From: Macrostomum hystrix | Taxonomy: Eukaryota; Animalia; Platyhelminthes | Assembly: GCA_950097015.1 (NCBI GenBank) | Contig: CATNEN010000007.1 | Location: 6,324,001-6,388,000 of the forward strand | DNA: 64,000 nt | Direction of reading: 5' to 3' | In this document: piece by piece, positions 11,501 through 21,839 of the stretch | Layout: every line of letters starts with the position of its first letter | How positions within the stretch are numbered: position 1 is the stretch's first letter | Position numbers and translations under genes: made by a program | The notes under the pieces: model-generated | What the model was told of the DNA's origin: nothing | Seen by the model: only the letters and a program-made list of their open reading frames with translations | Database searches by the model: none

Positions 11501-13258
11501 GACGGCCCGGACACCGTTGACGCCAGCGAGATGGGCGTCAGGCGCAGCTTGGCCGACATCACCAACGTGTCGGAGGCTGGGGCGGCTGCCAAAGTTGACG
11601 CCGCCATGCCCAAGTGAGCTCTAGCTGTTTGAGTTGATGACCAGTAATTCTAGACTGCAATTGTGTTGTACTTGCTCAAGAATGTAGGTGGCTGTTCATG
11701 GCGGATCCCCGGTGTACGCTCGTAAAAATAGGAAAGAGCTATTATTCATAAGAGGATTGCAAAATTTCAAAATCCTTTTGTTTATGGTTTTCGAAGCTGT
11801 AAAAAAGGCAACAACTTTATTTGTAACGAATTAGCGAGTAATTAATATGTTTTACTGTCACAAATCTGTTCATAATAATAAAGAACCAATATGCAGTTCT
11901 GCACTACTTTCCAATAAAGTTGAACGTGCAGTTGAAGAACTGTCCACCACAGAGACTCCTCGGCAAGTCCACTTGGCCGGCTTCACTGACTTGGCATACT
12001 TGGTCACTGTCACCAACTTCATTTAGATTGCCGTTGTCAGTCTCAATTGTCACACTTTCGATGGTGGATTCCACATCGGCGTCAAAAATAGCGACTTTTG
12101 ACCAATAGGCAGCCAGGCAGGCAATCATTCGGGCCACACAGTCCGTGTCTCGCCGCTTGTAGAATGGCAGCACGAAAACAGTTGAGTCCTTAGATAATCG
12201 TTGAGGAATCGATCCGGCACACGCCCAAACTCAAGCCGGTCTAGCATTGACAGATCTTCACTAGTTAGCTCCGGCAGCGCTTCGGTACTGGACGACGCGT
12301 CCAAGTTGTCAACTTATAGAACATAGCGCATGCTCGATTCTCGAGTGACAAATCGATTATCGTTTCAAACTTCACTCTATTAATTTATAGCTAATGCCTC
12401 AAAAGTTGCATGTGGATTGGTTTTCTGATTTTCAGAGTAGAGACTGTGTAGCAGCGGAGGCAAATGTAAGACAAAAAGCTGTCAGTACGTTTTTGCCTCT
12501 CTTGTTGTTCATTTTCTGTGTTTTCTGCAGCACTCGTCGTTGTCTTTGTTGTATTTCTTTTATTTAGCAATGCTATTCGTATTTGATGTTATTTGACGCT
12601 TTTCGGTCGTCCATTTTGAAGAAAAATTTCTAGGACAAGAACTCAGCGAGGCTATAAAGCTTGCGCTTAAGCCTTACTGATTCGCTCTTAGTTAGCAAGT
12701 TGCTGGGGCCAGCTCTCTACTGCTTCGCTTTCCCGCTTGTCATTCCAGATCTGATTGGCTGAAATTGTTTACACTCTCCTTTTCATCGCATATCTGAAAC
12801 ATGATTGGCTGCAACCTCAGAATCCATAAGGGAGCCACCCACCCCTCTTGTCTTCACCTTTCTCAAGCCGGATTGGCTTCTGCAATATCAGAATTTAAAG
12901 CCACCCCAGTCCCTCTTCTTTACCCAATCTGAAATTTGATTGGGTACTGTGATATCACCACTGAAAGTCACTCCACTCCCTTTCCACTACCCAATCCAAG
13001 ATTTGATTGGCTGCAATTTTAGAATCGAAAGCAGCCCAACTCAGTTTCCCTTGCCTACATTCCAGGCCGACAGTGCAGCAGCCAATCAGAATAGGCGTCG
13101 ACCTCAGCTCGCACGTGCCGGCAATCTACCAACTGTTTGACGACAGCTTCGCAGCTACAGCCGAGCAGATGCGGATGGAGCAGGCGGTCAGTGAGGGCGC
13201 CCGGCATCCAAAGTATCGCTTACTGCCTGCCTTTGTTACACTGCGCACTAAACTATAA
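2538..13258 (+). CDS. Cadherin-repeat membrane protein with Thr/Ser-rich mucin-like stalk (mucin-like protocadherin architecture); 5' part lies outside the window
   Basis: Exons 2538-2792, 3159-3261, 3680-3798, 3881-4057, 4209-4343, 5364-5686, 5839-6331, 6414-6853, 11497-11613, 13066-13258: all GT-AG, phases consistent, 785 codons in total. Ca-binding motifs LDFD, DFDDQNP, DLD, IDRE, DKNDNSP, DRD, LDRE, DVNDNSP, DAD; Thr-rich stalk; [26 protein letters not shown]; C-terminus ..RTKL. The last two exons are less certain. Confidence 0.85.
2803..3093. repeat. (TTGG)n microsatellite starting at the intron donor
   Basis: Read directly; it generates the spurious LVGW/NQPT ORFs. Confidence 0.98.
4385..5236. 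repeat. 29-bp intronic minisatellite (AGTATCGGGAAGTACTATTAGTTCACTRC), about 29 copies
   Basis: Read directly; the A and G variants largely alternate. Confidence 0.97.
6920..7085 (+). CDS. Possible alternative terminal exon of the protocadherin (short cytoplasmic tail ending AVADN)
   Basis: TTTACCAG acceptor, phase-2 compatible with the donor after 6853, GC-rich coding-like sequence to TAG 7083-7085; no strong phase-2 donor inside it. Confidence 0.55.
7110..10760 (+). mobile_element. Head-to-tail composite repeat units (7110-8357, 8358-9980, 9981-~10760) with a 15-bp minisatellite core; Helitron/HINE-like
   Basis: Each unit begins ACGAGC..(C/T)TCCTC(C)GGAGGAGG hairpin head, then a CTCATCTCCCATCGC array. 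The first two continue into a ~460-bp near-identical tail ending GACAGACAAACAACACGTGAATTTTAGTATATTTAT. The repeat structure is certain; the class assignment is inference. Confidence 0.6.
10763..11222. repeat. 24-bp minisatellite (GGAATCGTAGCTAGAATCGTACYC) made of two 12-bp subunits
   Basis: Read directly. Confidence 0.95.
11904..12330 (-). pseudogene. Degenerate coding-like fragment, possibly Crypton/DUF3504-related
   Basis: Frame-broken reading ..[19 protein letters not shown].. / ..[10 protein letters not shown].. ending [11 protein letters not shown], resembling my recollection of DUF3504-protein termini; weak. Confidence 0.25.
12750..13090. repeat. Degenerate ~67-bp tandem repeat rich in CCAAT/ATTGG boxes
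   Basis: GATTGG near 12753, 12803, 12871, 12938 and 13005; CCAATC near 12924, 12991 and 13082; similar pyrimidine-rich spacers. Confidence 0.7.
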
Positions 13259-14597
13259 TGATGCATCCGTTTATTAAAAAAACTTTCATCTCGTACAAAT
13301 GGGATTGGTAAATGCAGATTAAATCGTATTTATCCAGGTAAAATGTTGCTATGGATGTTATATTTATAAGTCCTTGATAATAGTATTCACTCTGCGAATT
13401 ATTCGCTACAAAGCAAATTTTTACCGATTTGAACATTCGACTGGTCAGTTTTCAGTGAGTCAAGATGGTACAGAAATCTTTATGTGGTGGCTCTATGTAC
13501 TTACTTACGAACTTAAACGCTTTGCAAAAATTGTAATCCTAAACCACTTCTTCATTTTTCGTCTTTAAAAGTACTGGCGTATGATATGCTGAAAATTATT
13601 TTTGCCGAAGATGTGGATCTGTATCTAATATCGTCCAAATTTACCTTTTATTTATTCCCGGTTGCCTTTGAATTATAATTTAGTGCTTTGACTGTGCCTT
13701 ATCTAGTCGCCTGCTCCATTCTGAAAGTAAATTTTATTTGAATAAAAGCTCTTTAAAAAATTGAGCCGCTACTTTCGATCCTGTTTAAGCATTAAAATAT
13801 CATCATCAAGTATAGTGGCTTTGTATTCGATAAAAATACGCAACAAAAAATCATAATGAACTGTGCATTTTTCTGACCACATATCGACATGGTCATTGTG
13901 GAAAAAAAGTGTGCAAAATAGTCAATTCAGAATAAGAGAACAAAATCAAGGCAAGAATATAGTGAGTCTAGATCGAAAGACATGGTAATTAGGTATAGGT
14001 GATACTTCAATGTCAAGTAAGTAAAAAATATAACTTCCATTTTCACAAATCTTTTCTGCCCTTTTTGAGGAACAAACGAAATTGGAGTTCTATTAATAGA
14101 TTTTTGACCTTGGGTAAACACGCACAGAAAGCGTGACTTTGAATATGGATAACGACTGAGCCATGTGACTAAGCCAAAAACATGAAGCTTGCAGTGACAC
14201 TAGTAGAAAACTTAAAGCAAAAATTTGCACGAATTTAAATTCGATTTAAAAAATTGCTACAACTGAAATAACAAAGAAATAGAAACACTTGCGAACGTAT
14301 AGTTTTGAGTAAGGCACTTAGTTAAAGAAATTTACGTTTAAGAAAAAGAATGTCTCAAAAGAGAAGATTATTGTTTATAAAAACAGCGAACATTTTGCTC
14401 AAGAATGTGGTACAGTTAAAAAAACTCTTTATCTAAACAATTTTACAGTAGTGTACAATGTGGCACATAAAAATCGCAGAAAACGCAAAAGTACAAATTA
14501 CAGATGTTAGGGCAGCACTTATTGACTGATCTACTACTGATTTGCTTCAGCCCGATCCGGCTTCCATTGAGTTCTATGGCCCAAACCCCCACCCGAA

Positions 14598-17500
14598 TCA
14601 AGCGGTGGCCACGGGCTCCTCCTGATCGAGCAGCCCAGACCGATCCGCGTCGTTGACGCTTCCAGAGCTGTGTGCCACCTCTGGAGCGAAGTTCACGGAG
14701 CTGCCGTCACCGCCGACGCTATCAGCGCCGCTCCCAGCAGCAACAGCGGCGGGAGGCGCTGCGGTTGTTCCGCGCCTCTGTAGAACAAGCAGCAGAGTAG
14801 TCACTGATGTAACCAGGCCACCCAGACCGAATGCAACCCCGATAGCGGCCTTAGCAACCAGCTGCGGCGTCACCAGCAAGTCGCGCAGCTGCCTGGCTGT
14901 GTCCGCGTCAACAACAGCGCTCTCGTTAATCCACAGGACCGGGTAGAACTGCGACCGCAGTCCCGGCGCGAAGGCGCTGTAGGCGGGGCCGGAGTCAAGC
15001 TGGAGGTTGATCTGCAACCGCTTGTACAGCTGCAGCACAGCCCCGCTCAAAGGCTCAATATCCACGTAGGTCCGATGACCGCGATCGTCCGGCTGCAGGC
15101 CAATGACTGATGCCTGAAAAAAATGGGATAATAGGAGGCGATATAGGGATAATCACCTGGCACAATCAATACAAGTCTGAAGGATCTGATGTCCATCGCT
15201 GAATCTCGAGCACAGGTGACATTCATCCTTTTCCTCACCTGAAACTCAGGGCACAGGTGTCATTCAGCCTTCCTCACCTGAAACTCAGGGCACAGGTGTC
15301 ATTCAGCCTTCCTCACCTGAAACTCAGGGCACAGCTGTCATTCAGCCTTCCTCACCTGAAACTCAGGGCACATGTGTCATTCAGTCGTCCTCACCTGAAA
15401 CCCAGGGCACAGCTGTCATTCAGCCGTCCTCACCTGAATCTCGGGCGCCGCCAGCAGGAAATGTGGCAGCGAGGCCACCACAGGCACATGAAGGCCGTTC
15501 AGCCGCTTGCACTCGGTGAGGTTGAACAGGCCGGCAGGCAGGCAGTGCCCAGCCGGGGTGCAGTAGCCGGCGTTGTCCGGATTCTCGCTGGCGTTGGCCA
15601 GCAGCCTGTCCGGCCCGGTGAATCGCCAGAGCCGCAGGTGGCCGCCGACGGTGTCAACTTCGCTGTCGAAGACGCCGTACAGAGAGCGGCAGATATCGGA
15701 GATGAAGGCCGGCAGGACGGCCGAGCGGTTGAGGAAGGGCGGCGCCAGGCTGCCGTCGGAGCCGACGACAAGGTTGGCGAGGTCCGAGGACCAGAAGGTC
15801 AGACTGCGGGACCCGTTGAAGGCCTGGATTTCGCCCAGGTGGGCCGGGTCCCGGTGCCCGGCAGATATTGTATACACCCCGTCATAGGTATTGTTCATGC
15901 CGGCCAGGACACCGACGTAGTCTGTGTACACCATGCCAGGGATTATCTGCGGATTATCAGAGGATTAACCAAAACATTACCAACAATTTTATCCACGGAC
16001 CATTTGCGAATGGGCAAAAAAAAGTTTTGGGGACTGCATAGAATCTGGCGATTAGCGCAGGATAATCAGTATATAATCTACAGGATTATCTGCGGATTAG
16101 CGCACCTTGTGGGCCAGCTGCAGCAACTTGTCGTGATAGCCGAATGCAACATCGCGAACGCTGAGCTGCTTGAACAGTGGCTCGTCTGGGTAGGCTGCCA
16201 GAACCGCGGACAGAAAATCCTGCAGCTTGAGCGGCATGAAGCGCAGGCTGTTCAGGATGGTGACCAGCGGCAGATTGGCGGTGGTGAAGCGCCAGGTCTC
16301 GTCAGCTACTGACTCGTTGCGCAGGAACAGGTAGGTCCGGTTCTGCCGGTAGGTCAGCCAGTCGCGCAGCTCATCATAGATGACCCCCTCCTTCCGGCGC
16401 ACCTCGGCGTAGGTGAATGGACCGCGCTGCGTCACGGAGGGCCGGGCGCCTAGCCGTGGGTGGGGGGACAGCCAACGTTCAAGCCAGCTGCCTCCCCTGA
16501 TCCTTCAGTTGGTGCCAGCTGCCTCCCCTGATCCTTCAGTTAGTGCCAGCTGCCTCCCCTGATCCTTCAGTTGGTGCCAGCTGCCTCCCCTGATCCTTCA
16601 GTTGGTGCCAGCTGCCTCCCCTGATCCTTCAGTTGGTGCCAGCTGCCTCCCCTGATCCTTCAGTTGGTGCCAGCTGCCTCCCCTGATCCTTCAGTTGGTG
16701 CCAGCTGTCTCCCCTGATCCTTCAGTTGGTGCCAGCTGCCTCCCCTGATCCTTCAGTTAGTGCCAGCTGTCTCCCCTGATCCTTCAGTTAGTGCCAGCTG
16801 TCTCCCCTGATCCCTCAGTTGGTGCCATCTGCCTCACCTGATCCCTCAGTTGGTGCCATCTGCCTCACCTGATCCCTCAGTTGGTGCCATCTGCCTCACC
16901 TGATCCCTCAGTTGGTGCCATCTGCCTCACCTGATCCCTCAGTTGGTGCCAGCTGCCTCCCCTGATCCTTCAGTTGAGCATTTCAACTCACCATTCATCA
17001 CTTCAATAGGATTTTGCAGGTCAAACACATAGAATTGAATGCGCACTGGCACACTGGGGGAAATGAACTGGCTGTAGGCCAGGGTGCCATTGCGCAGGGC
17101 TATTTTCTGCAGCACCAGCCAGCGCAGCACAGGGTCGAAGGCCAGCAGGCTTGCTAAGCCAATAAGGAGGAGCAGCGCACCTGTTGCCAGGCTGCATTGG
17201 TACTTGTTGATGGCCTTTTGGTCAATGGAATACAAGAACAGCACAGTAAGTACTTTGTTTGTGCAGCCAGCATTACATTTTTTTAGTTGCAACTTTTAAA
17301 GCTTAATACAAATAAATAGGGAACATTTAAGGCTTCAAATATGAAATTGTCTTTATATTTGGCCTGCCTATGAGTCAATTGCCATATCTCAATGATTTAC
17401 TAATCTTAACTAGACTTATAACAAATATTTGGGAGGCCAACAACCTGAAAAACTCCATAAAAGTAAAAAATAGAGTCTTCTTTCTTCGGAGGATAAATTC

Positions 17501-18527
17501 AGATTTTTTAGTTTATCATACAGAGCAATAAATTTTTGTACTTTATAAAATTTCCATCGCAGGTTAAAGGTTAAAAAATGCTTATTTAAAAAAGCAATTT
17601 TATCATGCTGGTAATTCCTTAGGAATTACCTTAGGAAACCCATAAATTAAGAATGAGAAAACAAAAATGTTATACTGACTGCACATTAACAATACATATT
17701 TATAAAAACTAAAGCACAAAATACAACAATGTTGTTTATGCATTGTAGATTTGTTAACTAGTTAGGCTTTATTACTTAAAATGAATACCTACTATCATTA
17801 TTTATAATCTAGACTATTACTTTAAACAGAACATGAGCATGTAAAAAGCTAGTGACAATCAGATGCTTCATTATATTATTTTTGGGCAATCAAAACGTGT
17901 TACGTCAACGACATTTCGGCTAAAATGTGGCCTTTTTTACAAGGAAACACGATTAAATAAATTCGGCAGAATTTTTCTCAAATTCAGATACGATTCCTAT
18001 ACGCGGTCATATCCCAGAATTCTGAAAATTTTAAAGTTTAAATAATAAATTAATAATTATAAATATCATTAGGATGTTCATAGAAAATAGTATATTTGAA
18101 AGTGTGCATAATGTCATATGTTTAAAACAAAATGCGCCCAATCACTTTCTCTCTCTTTGATTGATCTTTTGTTACTAGGTGGTAAATGAATGCATATATT
18201 TCATTTTGGAGCGATTTTATAGCGACGTTTTGAGCCATATGCTAATTCTGCTTTGTAATTAGTGTTTCATTGCGACATCATATTGTGCAAGAAATATCCA
18301 AATAGCAAGCACTAAGAGCTTTGATAGGTCTATGAATCGATTGACTTAAACTCACAAAATAATTTGAGCTAAATCTAGCAGAATCTTTGTTGTGCGGTTT
18401 TTTCAGACAGCAATCATATTTAAAGGAAGTTTTAATCAACCCTTACCGAATGACAGTTACATAGTTGTTTTGGCACTGCTTACAAGCAGCAACAAGCCAA
18501 GCAGGAGTATACCAGGAAAGGCTTCAT
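14598..18527 (-). CDS. SCARB2: CD36 family scavenger receptor class B, LIMP-2/SCARB2-like (538 aa)
   Basis: Exons 18527-18484, 17191-16992, 16449-16106, 15946-15434, 15113-14598 join in frame. N-terminal Cys-rich segment plus TM, IALRNGT, QFYVFDLQNP, QRGPFTY, GSDG, DICRS, SLPHFL, DIEPLSG, C-terminal TM and DRSGLL dileucine motif. Confidence 0.92.
15207..15438. repeat. 39-bp intronic minisatellite whose unit contains the 5' splice site of the adjacent exon
   Basis: Unit TTCCTCACCTGAAACTCAGGGCACAGGTGTCATTCAGCC; CCTCACCTG is CAG|GTGAGG on the sense strand. Confidence 0.92.
16484..16977. repeat. 31-bp intronic minisatellite (GCCAGCTGCCTCCCCTGATCCTTCAGTTGGT), about 16 copies
   Basis: Read directly; fills almost all of intron 2 of the CD36-like gene. 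Confidence 0.97.
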
Positions 18528-19977
18528 TGTAAAGACAAATGCGAGCGCAAAGCATGATAACTTTTATTAAATTTTATAGAAACAGTTTTTCCTGATAAGT
18601 TGAAATAAAACCAAACCACAATTACATGAATCAACTTGGAAAGTGATCCTCAAGAAGCATAAAATATCATATTTAGGCCGCGACGGGCCAGCAAACGCAG
18701 CACCGGCAGCGCACTGGTTCTGTGCGCTTTGTTTCCGGCTTTGTCCATATTTCCCCTCGCTTTGTCCGAGTGGTCGCTCCTGCGGGCGCTATACTGGGGC
18801 TACAAGCTCATTCATTTTACCACTGCAACACTGACTGCAGTCCCATTATGTGTGGCCTCTTCAAAGGCATTCAGAGTGCCATTCACAGCTCCACGATTCT
18901 TGTGCAACCCTGCTGGCAGCGGCAGTAGCAGCAGCACTGACCCGCTCCTTTCTTACCCGCAATCCTTCTCCGCCCGACCCGCACCGAGCGACCAAGGACT
19001 GGCGCGGGCCGCCGCCAGCCGCCGCGGCCACGTGACTCAGCTGCGGCGCCGGTGGCAGCTGAAAGAAAGAGCTGCAGGCAGTTAGAGGAGAGGAGAGGAG
19101 TGAGGAAGAAAGACCAAATGGTGCGGTGTGGAGCACAGCGGAACAGGAGGGGCAGGGCAAGGTCCGGGAGACGGATTTGGAGATTAGCTGCGGCCGCTCC
19201 AAGCTCTTGCCGCAGCCCCGCTGTTTTTCAAATTCCCACCCTTTGGCCTTTGGTTCTCTTGCGACGACTTGGGGTGGGGAAGCGAGGGAAGGTGGATCGT
19301 GTTGGGAATCGGGGATCCCAAAACTGCCGCTCCCCCAAACCTACTCGAAAACACGCCAACGGTTGTATTGGAGGCGATTGCATGGGGAGGAAGAGATAGG
19401 GAGACCCCTCAACCGAGCGAATGGGGTCCTGGGTCCAGTCCAGGAGTGAGTCACATTTCCCCAATTTATGAGCCCGCTCCCATTTTCAAGCCCTCCGATT
19501 CCCAGCTAGTAATTCTCCTTCTGTCCCCTCCATTTCGCAGGCCCGCAGGGGGGCAGCCAGGAGGTGGGGTGGATAGTCGAGACGCAGGCGCAGTCAGCAA
19601 TTCGCCAAATAGTTTGAGAACTCCTCAAAAATCGACAGCCACCCCACGAAGCCGCCAATGGCTGTATAAAATCCCCTACAATACACACGCAAAGTGAGAG
19701 AGAACTTCACTTTGAACAACTGTACACGGTTCTGAGCAGTGGTATCCGATTCAGTATACCTCGAAACAAAGACCACTATAGACTGAAGACTGCCTGAGTT
19801 AAGTCTTTATTCTCATCGGTCAAGGCGTGTAGCTTAGCATCATGTGAGTTATTTTTTCTGCGCTTCATTTTCTGCTATATTATCTCACGCAGTCTGTTCT
19901 TATCCAGAGCACAATGCAAACCATCGCAGACACCGGGAAAAATCTCTGACCACCAGACCAGTACAGACTTAGGGGGA

Positions 19978-20435
19978 ATCTCTGACCCACCAGTCCAGGC
20001 CTATGAGAATCTCTGACCCACCAGTCCTGGCCTAGAAGAATCTCTGACCCACCAGTCCTGGCCTAGAAGAATCTCTGACCCACCAGTCCTGGCCTAGAAG
20101 AATCTCTGACCCACCAGTCCTGGCCTAGAAGAATCTCTGACCCACCAGTCCAGGCCTAGAAGAATCTCTGAGCCACTAGTCCTGGCCTAGAAGAATCTCT
20201 GAGCCACCAGTCCTGGCCTAGAAGAATCTCTGACCCACCAGTCCTGGCCTAGAAGAATCTCTGACCCACCAGTCCTGGCCTAGAAGAATCTCTGAGCCAC
20301 CAGTCCTGGCCTAGAAGAATCTCTGACCCACCAGTCCTGGCCTAGAAGAATCTCTGACCCACCAGGACAGGCCTAGAAGAATCTCTGACCCACCAGTCCA
20401 GGCCTAGAAGAATCTCTGACCCACCAGCCCAGGCC
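19978..20435. repeat. 31-bp minisatellite (CTCTGACCCACCAGTCCTGGCCTAGAAGAAT)
   Basis: Read directly. Confidence 0.96.
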
Positions 20436-21839
20436 GTAGCTATGAGTCTTGGCCTGCAGTCCGGTTCCAGTTCAGCTACTCAGGACACGAGTGTGCTCGC
20501 GCATGTAACTCTTTCATGCAGCATGCATGGGGACTGCAAGTATTACTAAATTATAAGCAATTAAGTTTCAAATTTCAGACTTTTCAACTGAGTTGAGCTG
20601 CTGTATAGTGCTAGTCCACACTCCTAGTGGCTCGTGGTGGATAGGCAAGGCAAAAGCCTGCAGCACTTGTCCCTTAAAACTGACCCCACCCACACCCAGT
20701 CCCAACACTTCTCCCGCTTATGCTCAAAATTTGACAATTTTAAATTCAGCGAATATCAGACCCTGCTCTCTCTCTCTCTCTCTCTCTTGATCTCACGATC
20801 GCTTTCCGCTGTAAAAAAACTTCCCATTCTTTAGCTCGAGGCATTTCCCTTCCTATTTGACTGCCTGAGCTATCGGACTGTGCGGGCTGCACCTGCCTGC
20901 AGGCTGTTCAAATCATAAATTTCCGCGGACACGAGACGGGACCGGTTGAGCAAGTCAAGGCGAACTGAGCATTCGATTTTGAAGGGATTATGCCCTCCTA
21001 ATGATATATGAGGCAATAATATAGAGTTTCCGTGACTTGTGATCTGTCCACGCCATAAACTAAAATTGCTAATGGGAGATGATTCACTGCGCTAGACAAT
21101 TCCTCCGGCCTTTGGATCCCCACAGCCTGCAGCAAGTTTCCTTCTACACAAAGACAGTTGTTGGGACGAAATGAAAGATTGTTTGGGAATTGGGGATTGG
21201 TCACAGAAGAAATTATCCCATCGGCCCGGCCGGCCCCATTTATATTTCTAGACTGAATTTCTACTCTTTGTTTCCCTCGCGTCGCTTCCCCATCTGTCGC
21301 TGCGGGTCGCGGCGGCGGAGGCCGCTCCGGGGTTTCCCCTCCACTGCGCAAGCCGCCCATTCCTCCCCCTCTCTTTGTTTATCGGCCAAAGGAGGGCCCT
21401 GGTGGCGTCGTTCCCCCCACCCCAATCTTCGCCCCGCCACCCCAACTCCGCGACACGCGCGCACAAATTAGTCAGCCTGCGGGCTCCAACTCCGATTGAA
21501 ACTCTGACCCCACACCACCCACCCCACTCCGCCCGGGCGTGCATTCTAACTCCAAGACCTTTTATTTAGTAGGATGAGAAAAAAGGAAAACATAAACTAG
21601 TAGGCCTTAAGATTCCGTCTTATTTTCTACTCGTAATTTGAAATCCATTGTAAAGCCGGAGAGCACCCCATTCTTTGCATCGTGACGTCACTTGAGTTTA
21701 AATTTACGTAGGCCCGATTTAGTTGAATTCAACTATTTCGGCTACAAAGCACCGCAGGCTGTGCTAAAATGGAATTCAATGTTGACAATCCACTGCAGAG
21801 AATCTTGACCTAAGACCCACCGCGAATCTGAAAAAAACA

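Noticed and set aside
18643-21569. Short ORFs in the GC-rich region between the CD36-like and zinc-finger genes
   Set aside because: No recognisable domains or consistent splice structure; more likely promoter or UTR sequence.
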